Positions 1-9,683 of a DNA stretch of 64,000 bases are shown one piece after another; the first letter of the stretch is position 1, and each line of letters starts with the position of its first letter. The position numbers were made by a program, and so were the translations under genes. The stretch spans positions 10,592 through 74,591 of the forward strand of contig NCJT01000003.1 of assembly GCA_002282565.1 (NCBI GenBank). Direction: 5' to 3'. The DNA comes from Hyphomonas sp. 34-62-18. GTDB taxonomy: Bacteria; Pseudomonadota; Alphaproteobacteria; Caulobacterales; Hyphomonadaceae. The notes beneath the pieces were generated by a model. It had not been told where the DNA came from. It saw only the letters and a list, made by a program, of their open reading frames with translations, and made no database searches.

Positions 1-827
1 TCGAGACAGTTCGCCGCGGACTGGCCCCCGTGATGGAGGGCCGGCGCATCCTGAAGCTGGAGCAGCGGCGGGCAGACCTGCGTTTCCCTCTGCCTGAACG
101 CTTCGTTGAACGGGTATCCGGGGCGCGGATCGACCGGCTCGCGCGGCAGGCGAAGTTTCTGGCTGCGCACCTCTCAAATGGCGAGGTGCTGGTGATGCAT
201 CTGGGCATGACGGGGCGGTTTACCATCAGCGGCCAGATTCAGGGCGAGTTTCACCACGCGACCGGCGGGATCAGCGCGCATGACCATGTCGTCTTCCATA
301 TGGAGGGGGGCGAAACCGTAACCTACAATGACCCCCGCCGGTTCGGCTTCATGGAACTCTGGCCCGCCACGACTTTTCCGGCATACCCAAGGTTAACAGC
401 GATGGGGCCGGAGCCGCTCTCAAACCGCTTCTCCCCCGCCTATCTGGATGAGGCGCTGCGCGGGAAAGCCGCGCCGATCAAGGCCGCCCTGCTCGACCAG
501 AAGGTGATTGCGGGCCTGGGCAATATCTATGTCTGCGAGGCGCTCTTCCGGTCCGGCATCTCGCCCAAGCGGCTGTCGAAGTCCATTCCGGGGCAACGCG
601 CCGCGCGGCTTGCCCCGGCGATCAACGCAGTCATCGCCGAGGCGATCGACGCGGGCGGCTCGTCGATCTCCGACTTTGCGGCCACCGATGGCGCGCTCGG
701 TTACTTCCAGCACCGGTTTGACGTGTATGACCGCGAGGGCCAGCCCTGCAAAACCTGCGGGGGCGAGATCAAGCGAATCGTGCAATCGGGGCGGTCGACC
801 TTCTATTGCCCGAACTGTCAGCGATAG
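1..827 (+). CDS. mutM: Formamidopyrimidine-DNA glycosylase (Fpg/MutM), 5' end cut by the window edge
   Basis: The frame from nt 3 reads ETVRRGLAPVMEG and continues into ORF 30..827. H2TH region and C-terminal zinc finger CKTCGGEIKRIVQSGRSTFYCPNCQR are present. Confidence 0.9.
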   Translation, partial: ETVRRGLAPVMEGRRILKLEQRRADLRFPLPERFVERVSGARIDRLARQAKFLAAHLSNGEVLVMHLGMTGRFTISGQIQGEFHHATGGISAHDHVVFHMEGGETVTYNDPRRFGFMELWPATTFPAYPRLTAMGPEPLSNRFSPAYLDEALRGKAAPIKAALLDQKVIAGLGNIYVCEALFRSGISPKRLSKSIPGQRAARLAPAINAVIAEAIDAGGSSISDFAATDGALGYFQHRFDVYDREGQPCKTCGGEIKRIVQSGRSTFYCPNCQR

Positions 828-2020
828 GCCGTCAGCCCCATCTTCTTCAGCGGCGCCCCGAACCCACCGGCGACCAGCCCGGCAAGGACCGGCGGGGCGG
901 GCCAGAGGCGTAGCAGCGGCGCGGCAAGCCGGTCGCGCAGCCAGGGGATCATCGTCCCGTCAGACTGATAGACGGGCGTGAACGCCCAGGTCATCAGCTG
1001 GTAGAGGCGGACATGCCCAGCGCGGATTTTAAGGAACCGGCGCAGCGCGGTGGCAATATCAGTTTCATCCTGCAGCGCATGGGCAAGGCCGTACGCGTCC
1101 AGCAACGCCATATTGGCCCCCTGCCCGAGCTGGGGGCTGGCGGCATGCCAGGCATCTCCGATGTGCACGAGGCGGCCTTCCACGGGCGCGCGGTGGGTGC
1201 GGTGCCGGTAGCGGGCGAATGTCAGCTGCTCATGATCCGTGATCTGATCGAGCAGCGCTTCCGTCTCTGGCCAGAGCGTGTGGGCAGCATCTTTCCAATG
1301 GGAGAGCGGCGCCGCGCGGAATGCCTCATACCCGTCGGCGCGGATGGACCAGAAATAGGTGAGGCTGACAGGCGCCTCCGGCGCGGCGCGCCCCGATGGC
1401 ATCACGCCGGCCATCTTGCGGGCCGCTTCATAACGCTGCTCCAACGCGGCTTTGTTGAACGGGCTGGTATCGGGCCAGGGCAGCGTTGCCCAGAGCGCGC
1501 CATAGGGAAGTTCTGTCCGGGGCGGAGTGGAGAGCGGCGAGCGCACACCGAGCGCATCGATAACCAGATCATACGGACCGTGCTGGCCACCTAAAGCGTC
1601 CGTCAGTGTACCTTCCGATTTTCCGGCCGCGCGGATCCGGGTTGCCGGCACCAGGCGCGCGCCCGCGGCCAACGCGGCTTCCTGCAGCACGCCGAACAGT
1701 ACGGAGCGCTGGATGCCAAGACCGGAGAGGCCCTCACGCAGGGCGGTGTAGCGCACATCCAGAACGGCGCGGCCGGTATCCACTGAAATCCCATGCAGGC
1801 GCGCAATCGGGCTGCCCAGCGCTTCGGCCCTCTCCCTCAGGCCCATGACGCCGAGCACGGCGAGCCCCGTTTCCTGCAGCATCAGGCCAGAGCCGACCGG
1901 ACCGGCAGTCTCGAACTGATCAAACAGGGTAACCCTGTGTCCCGCCCGCGCCAGCAATGCGGCTGCCGCCAGCCCGCCGATCCCGGCGCCTGCGATCCCT
2001 ATGCTGAACTGCTGCGCCAT
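818..2020 (-). CDS. FAD-dependent monooxygenase (class A flavoprotein, UbiH/salicylate hydroxylase-like)
   Basis: 400 aa. N-terminal dinucleotide fold GIAGAGIGGLAAAALLARAGHRVTLFD and C-terminal GDAWHAASPQLGQGANMALLDA motif. Overlaps the mutM end convergently by 10 nt. Confidence 0.8.
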   Translation of the reverse strand: MAQQFSIGIAGAGIGGLAAAALLARAGHRVTLFDQFETAGPVGSGLMLQETGLAVLGVMGLRERAEALGSPIARLHGISVDTGRAVLDVRYTALREGLSGLGIQRSVLFGVLQEAALAAGARLVPATRIRAAGKSEGTLTDALGGQHGPYDLVIDALGVRSPLSTPPRTELPYGALWATLPWPDTSPFNKAALEQRYEAARKMAGVMPSGRAAPEAPVSLTYFWSIRADGYEAFRAAPLSHWKDAAHTLWPETEALLDQITDHEQLTFARYRHRTHRAPVEGRLVHIGDAWHAASPQLGQGANMALLDAYGLAHALQDETDIATALRRFLKIRAGHVRLYQLMTWAFTPVYQSDGTMIPWLRDRLAAPLLRLWPAPPVLAGLVAGGFGAPLKKMGLTAYR

Positions 2021-2101
2021 GCTGCCCCATCCCGGCCAAGCCTCATCGCCTAGCCGCAGACTTGACCATTCAAAATGCAGCGCCCGATGGCAACCCCGCC
2101 G

Positions 2102-3064
2102 CTATTCCCGAAGACGGCTGCCCCGGGCATTCAGGTTGATCGTCATGGCTGGCCCCTCATCGGCGGGCGTTAGGATGAGATAGCCGCGCGCGCGGTCTAT
2201 CTGGACGCGGAAATGAGAAAGAAGGTCCAGCCCCAGCAGCATGGCCGGCTCGTCATTCAGGCCGATATCGTGGAACATCGCCGGGTCCGCCACGATCATA
2301 TTGAGGCGGCTGATATTGAAACGCGCCACTGACAGGCGCTTCACGCTGGCAACGGACACAGACAACGTGCCACCTGTGGCGCCCTGGAGGCTGCGGGTTT
2401 TCTCTTCGTCAGGACGGGCTTTGGCCGCCTGCGCCATCTGCGAATTGATGAAGCTGAAGGGGGAGCCCGTGTCGATGAGGGCCTTGCCTTTGACGCCGTT
2501 GACCTTCACTTCGGCAAAGAGCAGGCCGTTTTCAATCGTCAGCTTGCCCTTGCCGGAGCTGCGGCCATTGCTCTGCGGCCGGCCGTCATAAATGGAGAGG
2601 CGGCCATTCAGGAAATCAAAGTCGAGCACATCGCCGCCAAAGGAGGTAGCGGGGATGACGAGCGGCCCGCCGGGCATCTGCTCCCGGTTGTTATAGGCCG
2701 CGCTGATCTCGAAGGCGCGCACCCCTTCGCGGCTGAGATTGCCAATACTGACCACAGGAAATTCCCGCAGGCCGAGCAGCCCGTAAACAGGCATTTTGAT
2801 TTCGTCCGGAGGCGGCGCATCTATTCCGACGCGCGCCGCTGCCGAGGCATCAATCATCGCAATCGTCGCGGCCGTGTCGATGATGGCGGGAAGTTGCAGC
2901 GTGTCGTTCACCGTGAAGGGCGTTTGAATATAGCCTGCGGGGCTGACCGATAGCGGGAAGACCAAGTGGCGCGCCGAAGCCCCGGCGGGCATCGCGGCGC
3001 AGAGAAAAGCCGCCAGAACAGCGCTTAGCCGGGCAAACCTGCCCAGGGACACCAATCTGCGCAT
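2102..3064 (-). CDS. Secreted retropepsin-like aspartic protease with two tandem half-domains
   Basis: ORF 2102..3121 trimmed to MRRLVSLGRFARLSAVLAAFLCAAMPAGASA (signal peptide). Two catalytic-type motifs, IIDTAATIAMID and LIDTGSPFSFIN. Each is followed by a GxD/LLGLDLL-type flap or dimer segment. Confidence 0.7.
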   Translation of the reverse strand: MRRLVSLGRFARLSAVLAAFLCAAMPAGASARHLVFPLSVSPAGYIQTPFTVNDTLQLPAIIDTAATIAMIDASAAARVGIDAPPPDEIKMPVYGLLGLREFPVVSIGNLSREGVRAFEISAAYNNREQMPGGPLVIPATSFGGDVLDFDFLNGRLSIYDGRPQSNGRSSGKGKLTIENGLLFAEVKVNGVKGKALIDTGSPFSFINSQMAQAAKARPDEEKTRSLQGATGGTLSVSVASVKRLSVARFNISRLNMIVADPAMFHDIGLNDEPAMLLGLDLLSHFRVQIDRARGYLILTPADEGPAMTINLNARGSRLRE

Positions 3065-3157
3065 CAGCGGGTCCTCCCATGTTTCCGGCTGTTTTCCCGG
3101 TATTTGAGCGGAGAATGCCACAGAAAGCTTGTCGCCGCCAGAAGGGTGGCCGCCGCT

Positions 3158-4309
3158 TCAGACCATGCCGCCATCCGTGGGCAGGCCAAAGAGGATGCGG
3201 CCCGTCAACTCCAGTGTCGCCGGCGCTGTCACGATATGCTGGGTGATGGCATGCGCGTCGCGGAAGCGGCGCTGCAGGTCGCTCGCCTCAAACAGCGCTG
3301 CGCCGCCGCCAAGATCATACAAGGTCCGGCAGATGTCCGCGCCGGTGCGGGTCATGTGGGTGCAGGCAAGGCGCAGATCGGCGCGCGCTTCCATCGGAAT
3401 ACTCCCCTCCCCCTGCGCAATCGTCCAGACACGGTCAATCTCGGCAAAGAGATAGGCCCGGGCTGCGCGCCAGGCCGCCTCGCAGCGGGCATAATCGGCC
3501 TGCATGCTCTGGCGTTCGCTGAGCGTTTTCGCCGAGCCCTGGCTTTTCTTGACGGTGGCAAGCGCATTAAACGCGTCCAGCGCGCCGCGCGCATTGCCGA
3601 GCGCCACGGCGGACACGCCAAGCGCCAGCAAGCCGAAGGCGGGAAACTTGAACAATGCGCCAGTCTCATGCGGCGTGTCTGCCACCAGAGATACAGACCG
3701 GCCGCGCGGCACGAGGATGTCCTTCACCTCGATGTCACCCGATCCTGTGCCCTTCAGCCCCATCACATGCCAGGTATCGTGCAGGGTGGCCTCTGAAGCC
3801 GGGAACACCATCATCCGAGTATCCGGGGCGCCGCTGGGCAACCGTTTCATCTCGCCATTTTCCCAGACCGTGCAGCCTCCGCAGAGCCAAGTGCAGTTGG
3901 CCGAACCCGACCCCCACTGCCAGCGCCCGGTGACGCGATAGTTCTCTCCCTCCACCACCGCCTTGCCCATAGGGGCGAACACGCCGCCGGTAATCGTCAG
4001 CGGATCAGCATAGACCTCTTGCGCATGTTCGGGCGCCATATAGGCGGCATTCAGCGCCGTGGTCGCCGCGATCATCACGCACCAGCCGGCGCTGGCATTG
4101 GCGCGGGCGGCCGCTTCGGTCACCTCGACAATCTCGCGCGGGCTGAGCTCCAGACCGCCAAGGGATTTCGGCGTCACCATCCGGAAGGCGCCAGCGGCGG
4201 CGAGCTTTGCCGCGAGGTCTGCCGGAAGGCGGCGAGCCTCTTCCATCTCAGCGGCGCGGGCAGCGAGTTCCGGCAGGAGCGGCGCCAGCTGGTCAAGCAG
4301 TGTCAGCAT
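3158..4309 (-). CDS. Acyl-CoA dehydrogenase-fold family protein (ACAD-like or flavin-dependent monooxygenase subgroup)
   Basis: 383 aa with three-domain ACAD-like layout. The C-terminal helical segment DLQRRFRDAHAITQH is typical of the family. Substrate unknown. Confidence 0.7.
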   Translation of the reverse strand: MLTLLDQLAPLLPELAARAAEMEEARRLPADLAAKLAAAGAFRMVTPKSLGGLELSPREIVEVTEAAARANASAGWCVMIAATTALNAAYMAPEHAQEVYADPLTITGGVFAPMGKAVVEGENYRVTGRWQWGSGSANCTWLCGGCTVWENGEMKRLPSGAPDTRMMVFPASEATLHDTWHVMGLKGTGSGDIEVKDILVPRGRSVSLVADTPHETGALFKFPAFGLLALGVSAVALGNARGALDAFNALATVKKSQGSAKTLSERQSMQADYARCEAAWRAARAYLFAEIDRVWTIAQGEGSIPMEARADLRLACTHMTRTGADICRTLYDLGGGAALFEASDLQRRFRDAHAITQHIVTAPATLELTGRILFGLPTDGGMV

Positions 4310-4312
4310 GGA

Positions 4313-6052
4313 TCAATTCTCCTCGCTTGCAGCGGTATAGATGGTGACGCCTTCCTTGATCGTTTCAAGGATGCGGATCGACTGCATGTCGGCCGGATCA
4401 ATCGTCAGCGGATTATCTGACAGGATCACGAAATCGGCTTTCTTGCCCGGTGTGATGGAGCCTTTCTCGGCTTCTTCAAAATATTGGCGGGCGGCGTTCA
4501 GCGTTACCGCGCGCAGGGCGTCCATAGGGCTCGCCCGCTGATCTTCGCCCAGCACTTCGCCCAAGCGCGTTTCCCGGTTTGCCGCCACCCAGAGCAGGCG
4601 GATCACATCCGGCGGAACAACAGGAGGATCATTGTGCACCGTATACGGAATTCCTAGCGCCTTGGCCGCAGCGAGCGGGCTGATAAAAGCCGCGCGCTCC
4701 GGTCCCAGAATGGCGTCCCGGTGCCAGTCGCCCCAATAGAAGGGGTGCGCCGCGAAGAAGGAAGGCAATATGCCAGCTGCAGCCATCTCCTCCAGCTGGT
4801 CCTGACGTGCGGCCTGGGCATGGATCACCACCGGGCGCTGGTCCTCGCCGGGATATGCGGCCATCACTGGCGCGATCATGTCCAGATACTGGTCGATCGC
4901 CCGGTCGCCATTGGCATGGGCAATGATCTGGATGCCGCGCGCATAGGCTTGATCAAACAGATTGGCGACGCTCTCATCACTGTGGATTCTGTAACCGGAG
5001 TATTCCGGCGGATGACCCGGCCCCTGCGTGGCGTAAGGCTTAGTCAGCCAGCCCGTGCGCCCCTGAAGGGACCCATCAAGCAGCAGCTTGATGCCGCCAA
5101 TGCGGAAGCGGTTATCATAGGCTTTCGACACCTCGAAATCATCGGGAATCACGCCGCCATTCTGGAACAGCTGATAGGCGACCACATCGAGATAGAGGTC
5201 TCCATTCTCAGCCACCTTATCAAGATCGGCGATATTCTGCCCCTGCGCCGCCCCCTCCTGCGCGGTAGTGATGCCATAGCTGGCATAGAGGGCCTGCACG
5301 GGGCGAATGCCGGCCAGCCGCTGGCTTTCCGCCGGCTGTGGCAGCGCCTGATAGACGAGATAGAGCGCGGTTTCTTCCAGAACGCCGCTCGGCGTGCGCC
5401 CATCGTTCTGCCGGCGGATGATCCCGCCATCTGGGTCGGGGGTCTCTGCCGTGATGCCAACCGCTTCCAGGCAAAGCGTGTTGCAGGCGGCGAAGTGGGC
5501 CGAGGTGTGCATCAGGAGGACAGGCTTTTCAGTCGATACCGCGTCCAGGTCTTCGCGCGTGGGATGGCGCTGCTCGGCCAGCAGGGAATCGTCATAGCCC
5601 CAGCCGAGGATCCAGGGCGCATCGGGATGGACCTCTGCCCAGGCATGCAGCTGCGCCTGCAGTTCGGGAATGGAGCGGACGGGACCCGCTGGTGGCGGCT
5701 GAAGATTGGCCATGCCGGCCGCCTGCGCCATCAGGGCGAAATGACCATGGGTATCGATAAAGCCGGGCGCCAGCGTGGCGCCGCCCAGGTCGCGCAGGCG
5801 CGCCCCCGCACCGGCGGCGCGGCTGACCTCCTCGCGCGCGCCGACCGCCAGGATACGCCCGTCGCGCACGGCGACCGCTTCAGCCTCCGGCAGGGCATCA
5901 TCCACTGTGATGATCTGCGCATTCACATAGATCACCGTGCCCTCACCGCCCGCTTGCGGCGGCGCGCTTTTCTGCGGCGTGGTGCAGGCGGCCAGTAGAA
6001 GGCCCGCCACTGCCGCCCTGCGCCATATCTTGAAGCCTGCGCTGACTGGCAT
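4313..6052 (-). CDS. Metal-dependent amidohydrolase (Amidohydro_3 / YtcJ-like), lipoprotein
   Basis: ORF 4313..6268 trimmed to an internal Met giving the lipobox-type signal MPVSAGFKIWRRAAVAGLLLAAC. Contains GFIDTHGHF, the HANGD metal ligand region and a C-terminal GKKADFVIL motif. Confidence 0.8.
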   Translation of the reverse strand: MPVSAGFKIWRRAAVAGLLLAACTTPQKSAPPQAGGEGTVIYVNAQIITVDDALPEAEAVAVRDGRILAVGAREEVSRAAGAGARLRDLGGATLAPGFIDTHGHFALMAQAAGMANLQPPPAGPVRSIPELQAQLHAWAEVHPDAPWILGWGYDDSLLAEQRHPTREDLDAVSTEKPVLLMHTSAHFAACNTLCLEAVGITAETPDPDGGIIRRQNDGRTPSGVLEETALYLVYQALPQPAESQRLAGIRPVQALYASYGITTAQEGAAQGQNIADLDKVAENGDLYLDVVAYQLFQNGGVIPDDFEVSKAYDNRFRIGGIKLLLDGSLQGRTGWLTKPYATQGPGHPPEYSGYRIHSDESVANLFDQAYARGIQIIAHANGDRAIDQYLDMIAPVMAAYPGEDQRPVVIHAQAARQDQLEEMAAAGILPSFFAAHPFYWGDWHRDAILGPERAAFISPLAAAKALGIPYTVHNDPPVVPPDVIRLLWVAANRETRLGEVLGEDQRASPMDALRAVTLNAARQYFEEAEKGSITPGKKADFVILSDNPLTIDPADMQSIRILETIKEGVTIYTAASEEN

Positions 6053-6138
6053 GGCGTTTCCCCCGGACTGTTTCTTCTTTTTCGGGAACCATCGGCCAAT
6101 CCGGCCCAGGATGGCAAGCCCGCGACGCCCTGCGGCGA

Positions 6139-6489
6139 CTATTTGCCGGTGAGCAGCCCGTGCAGCTTCTGCGGGGCGGCGTGGCGCCAGGACATGACGA
6201 GCGCCGAACGCAGGGTCGCAAGATCGCAGGCAGCAAGGCGCAGGGACGTCGCGCCCTTCTCTCCCCATTTGTTCGGCACGGGGAAGAAGATGCCCGGTTC
6301 AGCCTCGCACAGCATCCGCTGTTCCTCCGCGGTGAGGAACACGTTTGAGAACTCATGATGGGGCGGCAGCGTGCAGAAGATTTTCCCTTTGGGCGCATCG
6401 ACGCGGAAACTCGCCCAGTCGAAATGCGGGCGCTCGACCGCGTGGGGCAGTTTCAGCGCTTCGGCGCGCAGCGTTGCTGGTCTGATCAC
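6139..6489 (-). CDS. MmcQ/YjbR family DNA-binding protein
   Basis: Only the last 116 codons of ORF 6139..6846 look coding. The GTG at 6489 overlaps the stop of the upstream gene (GTGA). LKLPHAVERPHFDWASFRV..KGKIFCTL..WGEKGATSLRL resembles the YjbR family. Confidence 0.6.
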   Translation of the reverse strand: MIRPATLRAEALKLPHAVERPHFDWASFRVDAPKGKIFCTLPPHHEFSNVFLTAEEQRMLCEAEPGIFFPVPNKWGEKGATSLRLAACDLATLRSALVMSWRHAAPQKLHGLLTGK

Positions 6490-7613
6490 AGCGACAGCGC
6501 CCCGAGGATCACCGCCGTCAGCAAGGCCGACAGGAGGATGCAGAAATAGATGCTGTCCAGTGTCAGCACCCGGAGCACAGAGCTGTAGACACCCCGGCCA
6601 TACACGACACGGTTCAACCGGTAGAGATACCAGTTGGAATAGATGATCAAGGCAAGCGCCACCCATCCGCCGCCCACAACGAAGCCCGCCAGCACGCCCA
6701 GCGTCATGGCGAAGAACAAGGCTGAATGGAAATGAAGCGATACGATCAGGTGGTCGAAGAAGAAAAACTGCCGCCGCCACAGATAAACCAGTCCCAGCAG
6801 CAACGCATAGACCGGCAGGAGGACGAACATCATCCGCGGGATCCATTTCTCGGTCTGCTCTGCAAGCCGCCCGGGATTGTCAATCACCTCTGCAAAGCGG
6901 GCGGCATCTTCATCGCCGCGCTCGCCTGCTTCCCGCACGCTTTCCAGCGCATCGGCCGGGATGATGCCGGCCCACTCGTCTTCGGCAGGCGCGGGCGCCG
7001 TTTCGTCTGTGGGCGCGCCGGCGTCTTCACCATCAGGTTCCGGCGGGGTCGGCGTCAAAATCGAGGGGCCAGCCTTCCACATGGCTTCCACCTCATTCAC
7101 CCCTTCAAGCGCGCCGCGATATTCCTCTTCGGTAATTTCCCCTTTGGCATAAGCCCGCTCAATCTCGATGCGGGCATCCTCGAAATTCTGAGTGCCCCCC
7201 GGGATCACGTTCAGCCCCTGCCCCGTGACCAGCGGCAGGACGATAAAGAAGACCAGCGAAGCAAGCACATAGAGCCGGAAGGGCGGAATGAAACGCGCGC
7301 GCTGGCCATCGATATAAGCCCGCGTCATCCGGCCGGGGCGCAGCAGCAGCGCCGGAAGGGTGCGCGCTACGCGACCATCGACGGCAAAGAAGGTTTCCAG
7401 CCCCTCGCTGATCAGCGCCCAGAAGGGCCGCCGCAGGCTTTGGGCGCTCTGGCCACACTGATGGCAGAACTCCCCGGCAAGCGCCGCGCCGCAGTTCTGG
7501 CAATGCGTTCCTGCAGCCTTTCCCTTCGCCGCAGTCAGGCCGGCGGCAGCGTCGGCCCCGGCATGTTCGATGGCTGTATCGGCGGCCTCACCAAAGCTGT
7601 CGCTCATCTTCAC
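6486..7613 (-). CDS. DUF3667-type zinc-ribbon membrane protein
   Basis: 375 aa. N-terminal zinc ribbon CQNCGAALAGEFCHQCGQ followed by several hydrophobic helices toward the C-terminus. Confidence 0.6.
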   Translation of the reverse strand: MKMSDSFGEAADTAIEHAGADAAAGLTAAKGKAAGTHCQNCGAALAGEFCHQCGQSAQSLRRPFWALISEGLETFFAVDGRVARTLPALLLRPGRMTRAYIDGQRARFIPPFRLYVLASLVFFIVLPLVTGQGLNVIPGGTQNFEDARIEIERAYAKGEITEEEYRGALEGVNEVEAMWKAGPSILTPTPPEPDGEDAGAPTDETAPAPAEDEWAGIIPADALESVREAGERGDEDAARFAEVIDNPGRLAEQTEKWIPRMMFVLLPVYALLLGLVYLWRRQFFFFDHLIVSLHFHSALFFAMTLGVLAGFVVGGGWVALALIIYSNWYLYRLNRVVYGRGVYSSVLRVLTLDSIYFCILLSALLTAVILGALSL

Positions 7614-7621
7614 CCCTCCGA

Positions 7622-8521
7622 TCAGCGGAACACGCGCGGCTTCTTTGCCATGAAGCGCTGTGTTGCCTCATGGTATCGCAAAGCGCGCCCCCCCGGCGCA
7701 AGCCCATAGGTTCGCTCGCGCAGGAACTCCATCAGATCACGCCGTTTTCCGGCCGCTTCCAGCATCGCCGGGCTCAAAGTTTCACCAATACCGACCGTCA
7801 GCGTCTTACCCATCCGCCGGCGCACCTCGCGGAAGACGAGCGCAAGGCGCAGCTCCAGCGACAGGTGCGAGGCGATCTGGAAAAGGCGCGAATTCTGCCC
7901 CTCGAAGAAAACCGGCGTCACAGCGGCGCGGCCATGGGTGATGAGTTTCGCCGTGAACGGCTTCCAGTCATCATCCACGGCCAGGGGATCAAACGGGCCG
8001 GGCGTTGTCGACACACCGCCCGCCGGAAACACGATCACGCACCCGCCCGCCTTCACATGCGCTAGCGCCGCCTTGCGCATCGAGATATTGGCCGCCACGG
8101 CCTCCCGCGTTCCGGCAAAGTCCACCGGCAACAGATACGGTTTTGCCTCGGGCACGGCATCCAGAACAGAATTGGTCAGCACCCTGAAATCCTGCCGCCG
8201 CCGCCCGACCAGCCAGCTGATGACGAGCCCATCCAGCACGCCGAAGGGGTGGTTCGCCACAATCACCAGAGGCCCCTCGCCCGGCATGGCGGCGAGTCGC
8301 GCCTCGTCAAACAGGACGGAAAGCTGCAGCAAGCGAATCGCTGCATCGAAAAAGCCGGTTTCGCCCAGCTCCCCGGCACGGTAGCGCTCATAGAGGCGGG
8401 CAAGTTTTGGCTGTCCCGTTGCCCGTTCCACGGCGCGCACCAGCGCCCGCTTCAGCGGGTCGTCGAAATACGCCGCATAGGAAAGTTCCGGCGCGGCAGC
8501 AGTGTCCATCAGAGCCGCCAC
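7622..8521 (-). CDS. Lysophospholipid/glycerolipid acyltransferase family protein (PlsC-like)
   Basis: HxxxxD acyltransferase motif in VIVANHPFGVLDG, and VIVFPAGG block. An alternative ATG at 8509 overlaps the upstream stop (TGATG). Confidence 0.7.
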   Translation of the reverse strand: MAALMDTAAAPELSYAAYFDDPLKRALVRAVERATGQPKLARLYERYRAGELGETGFFDAAIRLLQLSVLFDEARLAAMPGEGPLVIVANHPFGVLDGLVISWLVGRRRQDFRVLTNSVLDAVPEAKPYLLPVDFAGTREAVAANISMRKAALAHVKAGGCVIVFPAGGVSTTPGPFDPLAVDDDWKPFTAKLITHGRAAVTPVFFEGQNSRLFQIASHLSLELRLALVFREVRRRMGKTLTVGIGETLSPAMLEAAGKRRDLMEFLRERTYGLAPGGRALRYHEATQRFMAKKPRVFR

Positions 8522-9669
8522 ATCCGCGCGAGGTTGTTCTTCTGCATATCAGATGATCCGCCTACGATTGGCATGCCCAGAAGATCACGCAGGTTGCGCT
8601 CGATATCGTAAGCATCCGACAGACCATAGGCCCCGATCACCTGCTGACAGGCGAGGCCAATCTCAACGCCGGTATCGGCCACATAGAGCTTTGCCATCGC
8701 CGTCTCTGACGAGCAGGGCTGGCCCGTGCCCGCGAGCCACGCGGCGTGATAGAGCATGTGGCGGCAGGCGGCGAGTTTCGTCCGGGCGGTGACGAGCTTG
8801 TGGGCAATTGCCTGATGCTGGCCTATGCGCTTGCCGAACTGTTCGCGCTCGCCGGCATAGCGCCAGGCTTCCTCCAGCGCGGCGCGGGCAAGGCCGAAGG
8901 CGACTGCCGTGATCTCGATCTTCTCCACGTCCAGCGCGCGGCCGGCGAGCGCCTCCCAGCCTTTGTTCCATTTCTCCGGCCCACCGACAATGGCCGTTTC
9001 GGGAAGGCGCACATCATCCAGGAACACATCCATCGAATGGGTATAGCGCAGGTTCGCATGCTCGATCGGCGCCATGGTGACGCCTTTTGCCTTTGTCGGC
9101 ACAAGGACGAAGGTAAGGTTACCATGCCGTGCGCCCGGCTCACCGGAGCGGCAGAGGCAGTAGATATAGTCCGCCCAGTCCGCCCCGGTACACCAGCGCT
9201 TGGCGCCCTGGATGACGATCTCACCCCCCTGGCGCTCCACGCGCGTCTCGACGCTTGGCAGGTCTCCGCCGACATTCGGCTCCGACAGGCCATAGGCGAG
9301 GAAAAGTTCCCCGCGCGCCAGCTTCGGCAGCAGCTCTTCTTTCTGCGCCTTCGATCCGTTCTCGGAAATATTTAGCCCGCCATAGAAGGCGGCATGGATA
9401 TAAGGCCCGGCCATGCTGGGCCCGCCCTGGCAGAGTTCCTCGATCACGGCGGCGGCGGCGTAAATGTCCTCCCCCTGCCCGCCATACTCTTCCGGAATGG
9501 TCAGGCCGATCAGCCCCATTTCCGCAATCTCGCGGAAAAGGCCCCTGTCCCACGTAGCCTCACGGTCCCATTGCCGGCGCTTCTCGCGCGGCATCTTTTC
9601 GGCCACCCAGCGGGAAAGCTGGCGGCGGATTTCAGTCACATGCTCAGGTTCTGCGGCAAAATAGGTCAT
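8509..9669 (-). CDS. Acyl-CoA dehydrogenase
   Basis: 386 aa with canonical ACAD blocks: YGLSEPNVGGD, QFGKRIGQHQAIAHKL, and C-terminal IVGGSSDMQKNNLAR. Confidence 0.9.
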   Translation of the reverse strand: MTYFAAEPEHVTEIRRQLSRWVAEKMPREKRRQWDREATWDRGLFREIAEMGLIGLTIPEEYGGQGEDIYAAAAVIEELCQGGPSMAGPYIHAAFYGGLNISENGSKAQKEELLPKLARGELFLAYGLSEPNVGGDLPSVETRVERQGGEIVIQGAKRWCTGADWADYIYCLCRSGEPGARHGNLTFVLVPTKAKGVTMAPIEHANLRYTHSMDVFLDDVRLPETAIVGGPEKWNKGWEALAGRALDVEKIEITAVAFGLARAALEEAWRYAGEREQFGKRIGQHQAIAHKLVTARTKLAACRHMLYHAAWLAGTGQPCSSETAMAKLYVADTGVEIGLACQQVIGAYGLSDAYDIERNLRDLLGMPIVGGSSDMQKNNLARMWRL

Positions 9670-9683
9670 GCCGCACTTCTGAG

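Noticed and set aside
4721-5998. 425-aa ORF antisense to the amidohydrolase gene, and similar ORFs at 47467..48504 and 21683..22627
   Set aside because: They are antisense or out of frame relative to genes with clear family motifs and carry no motifs of their own.
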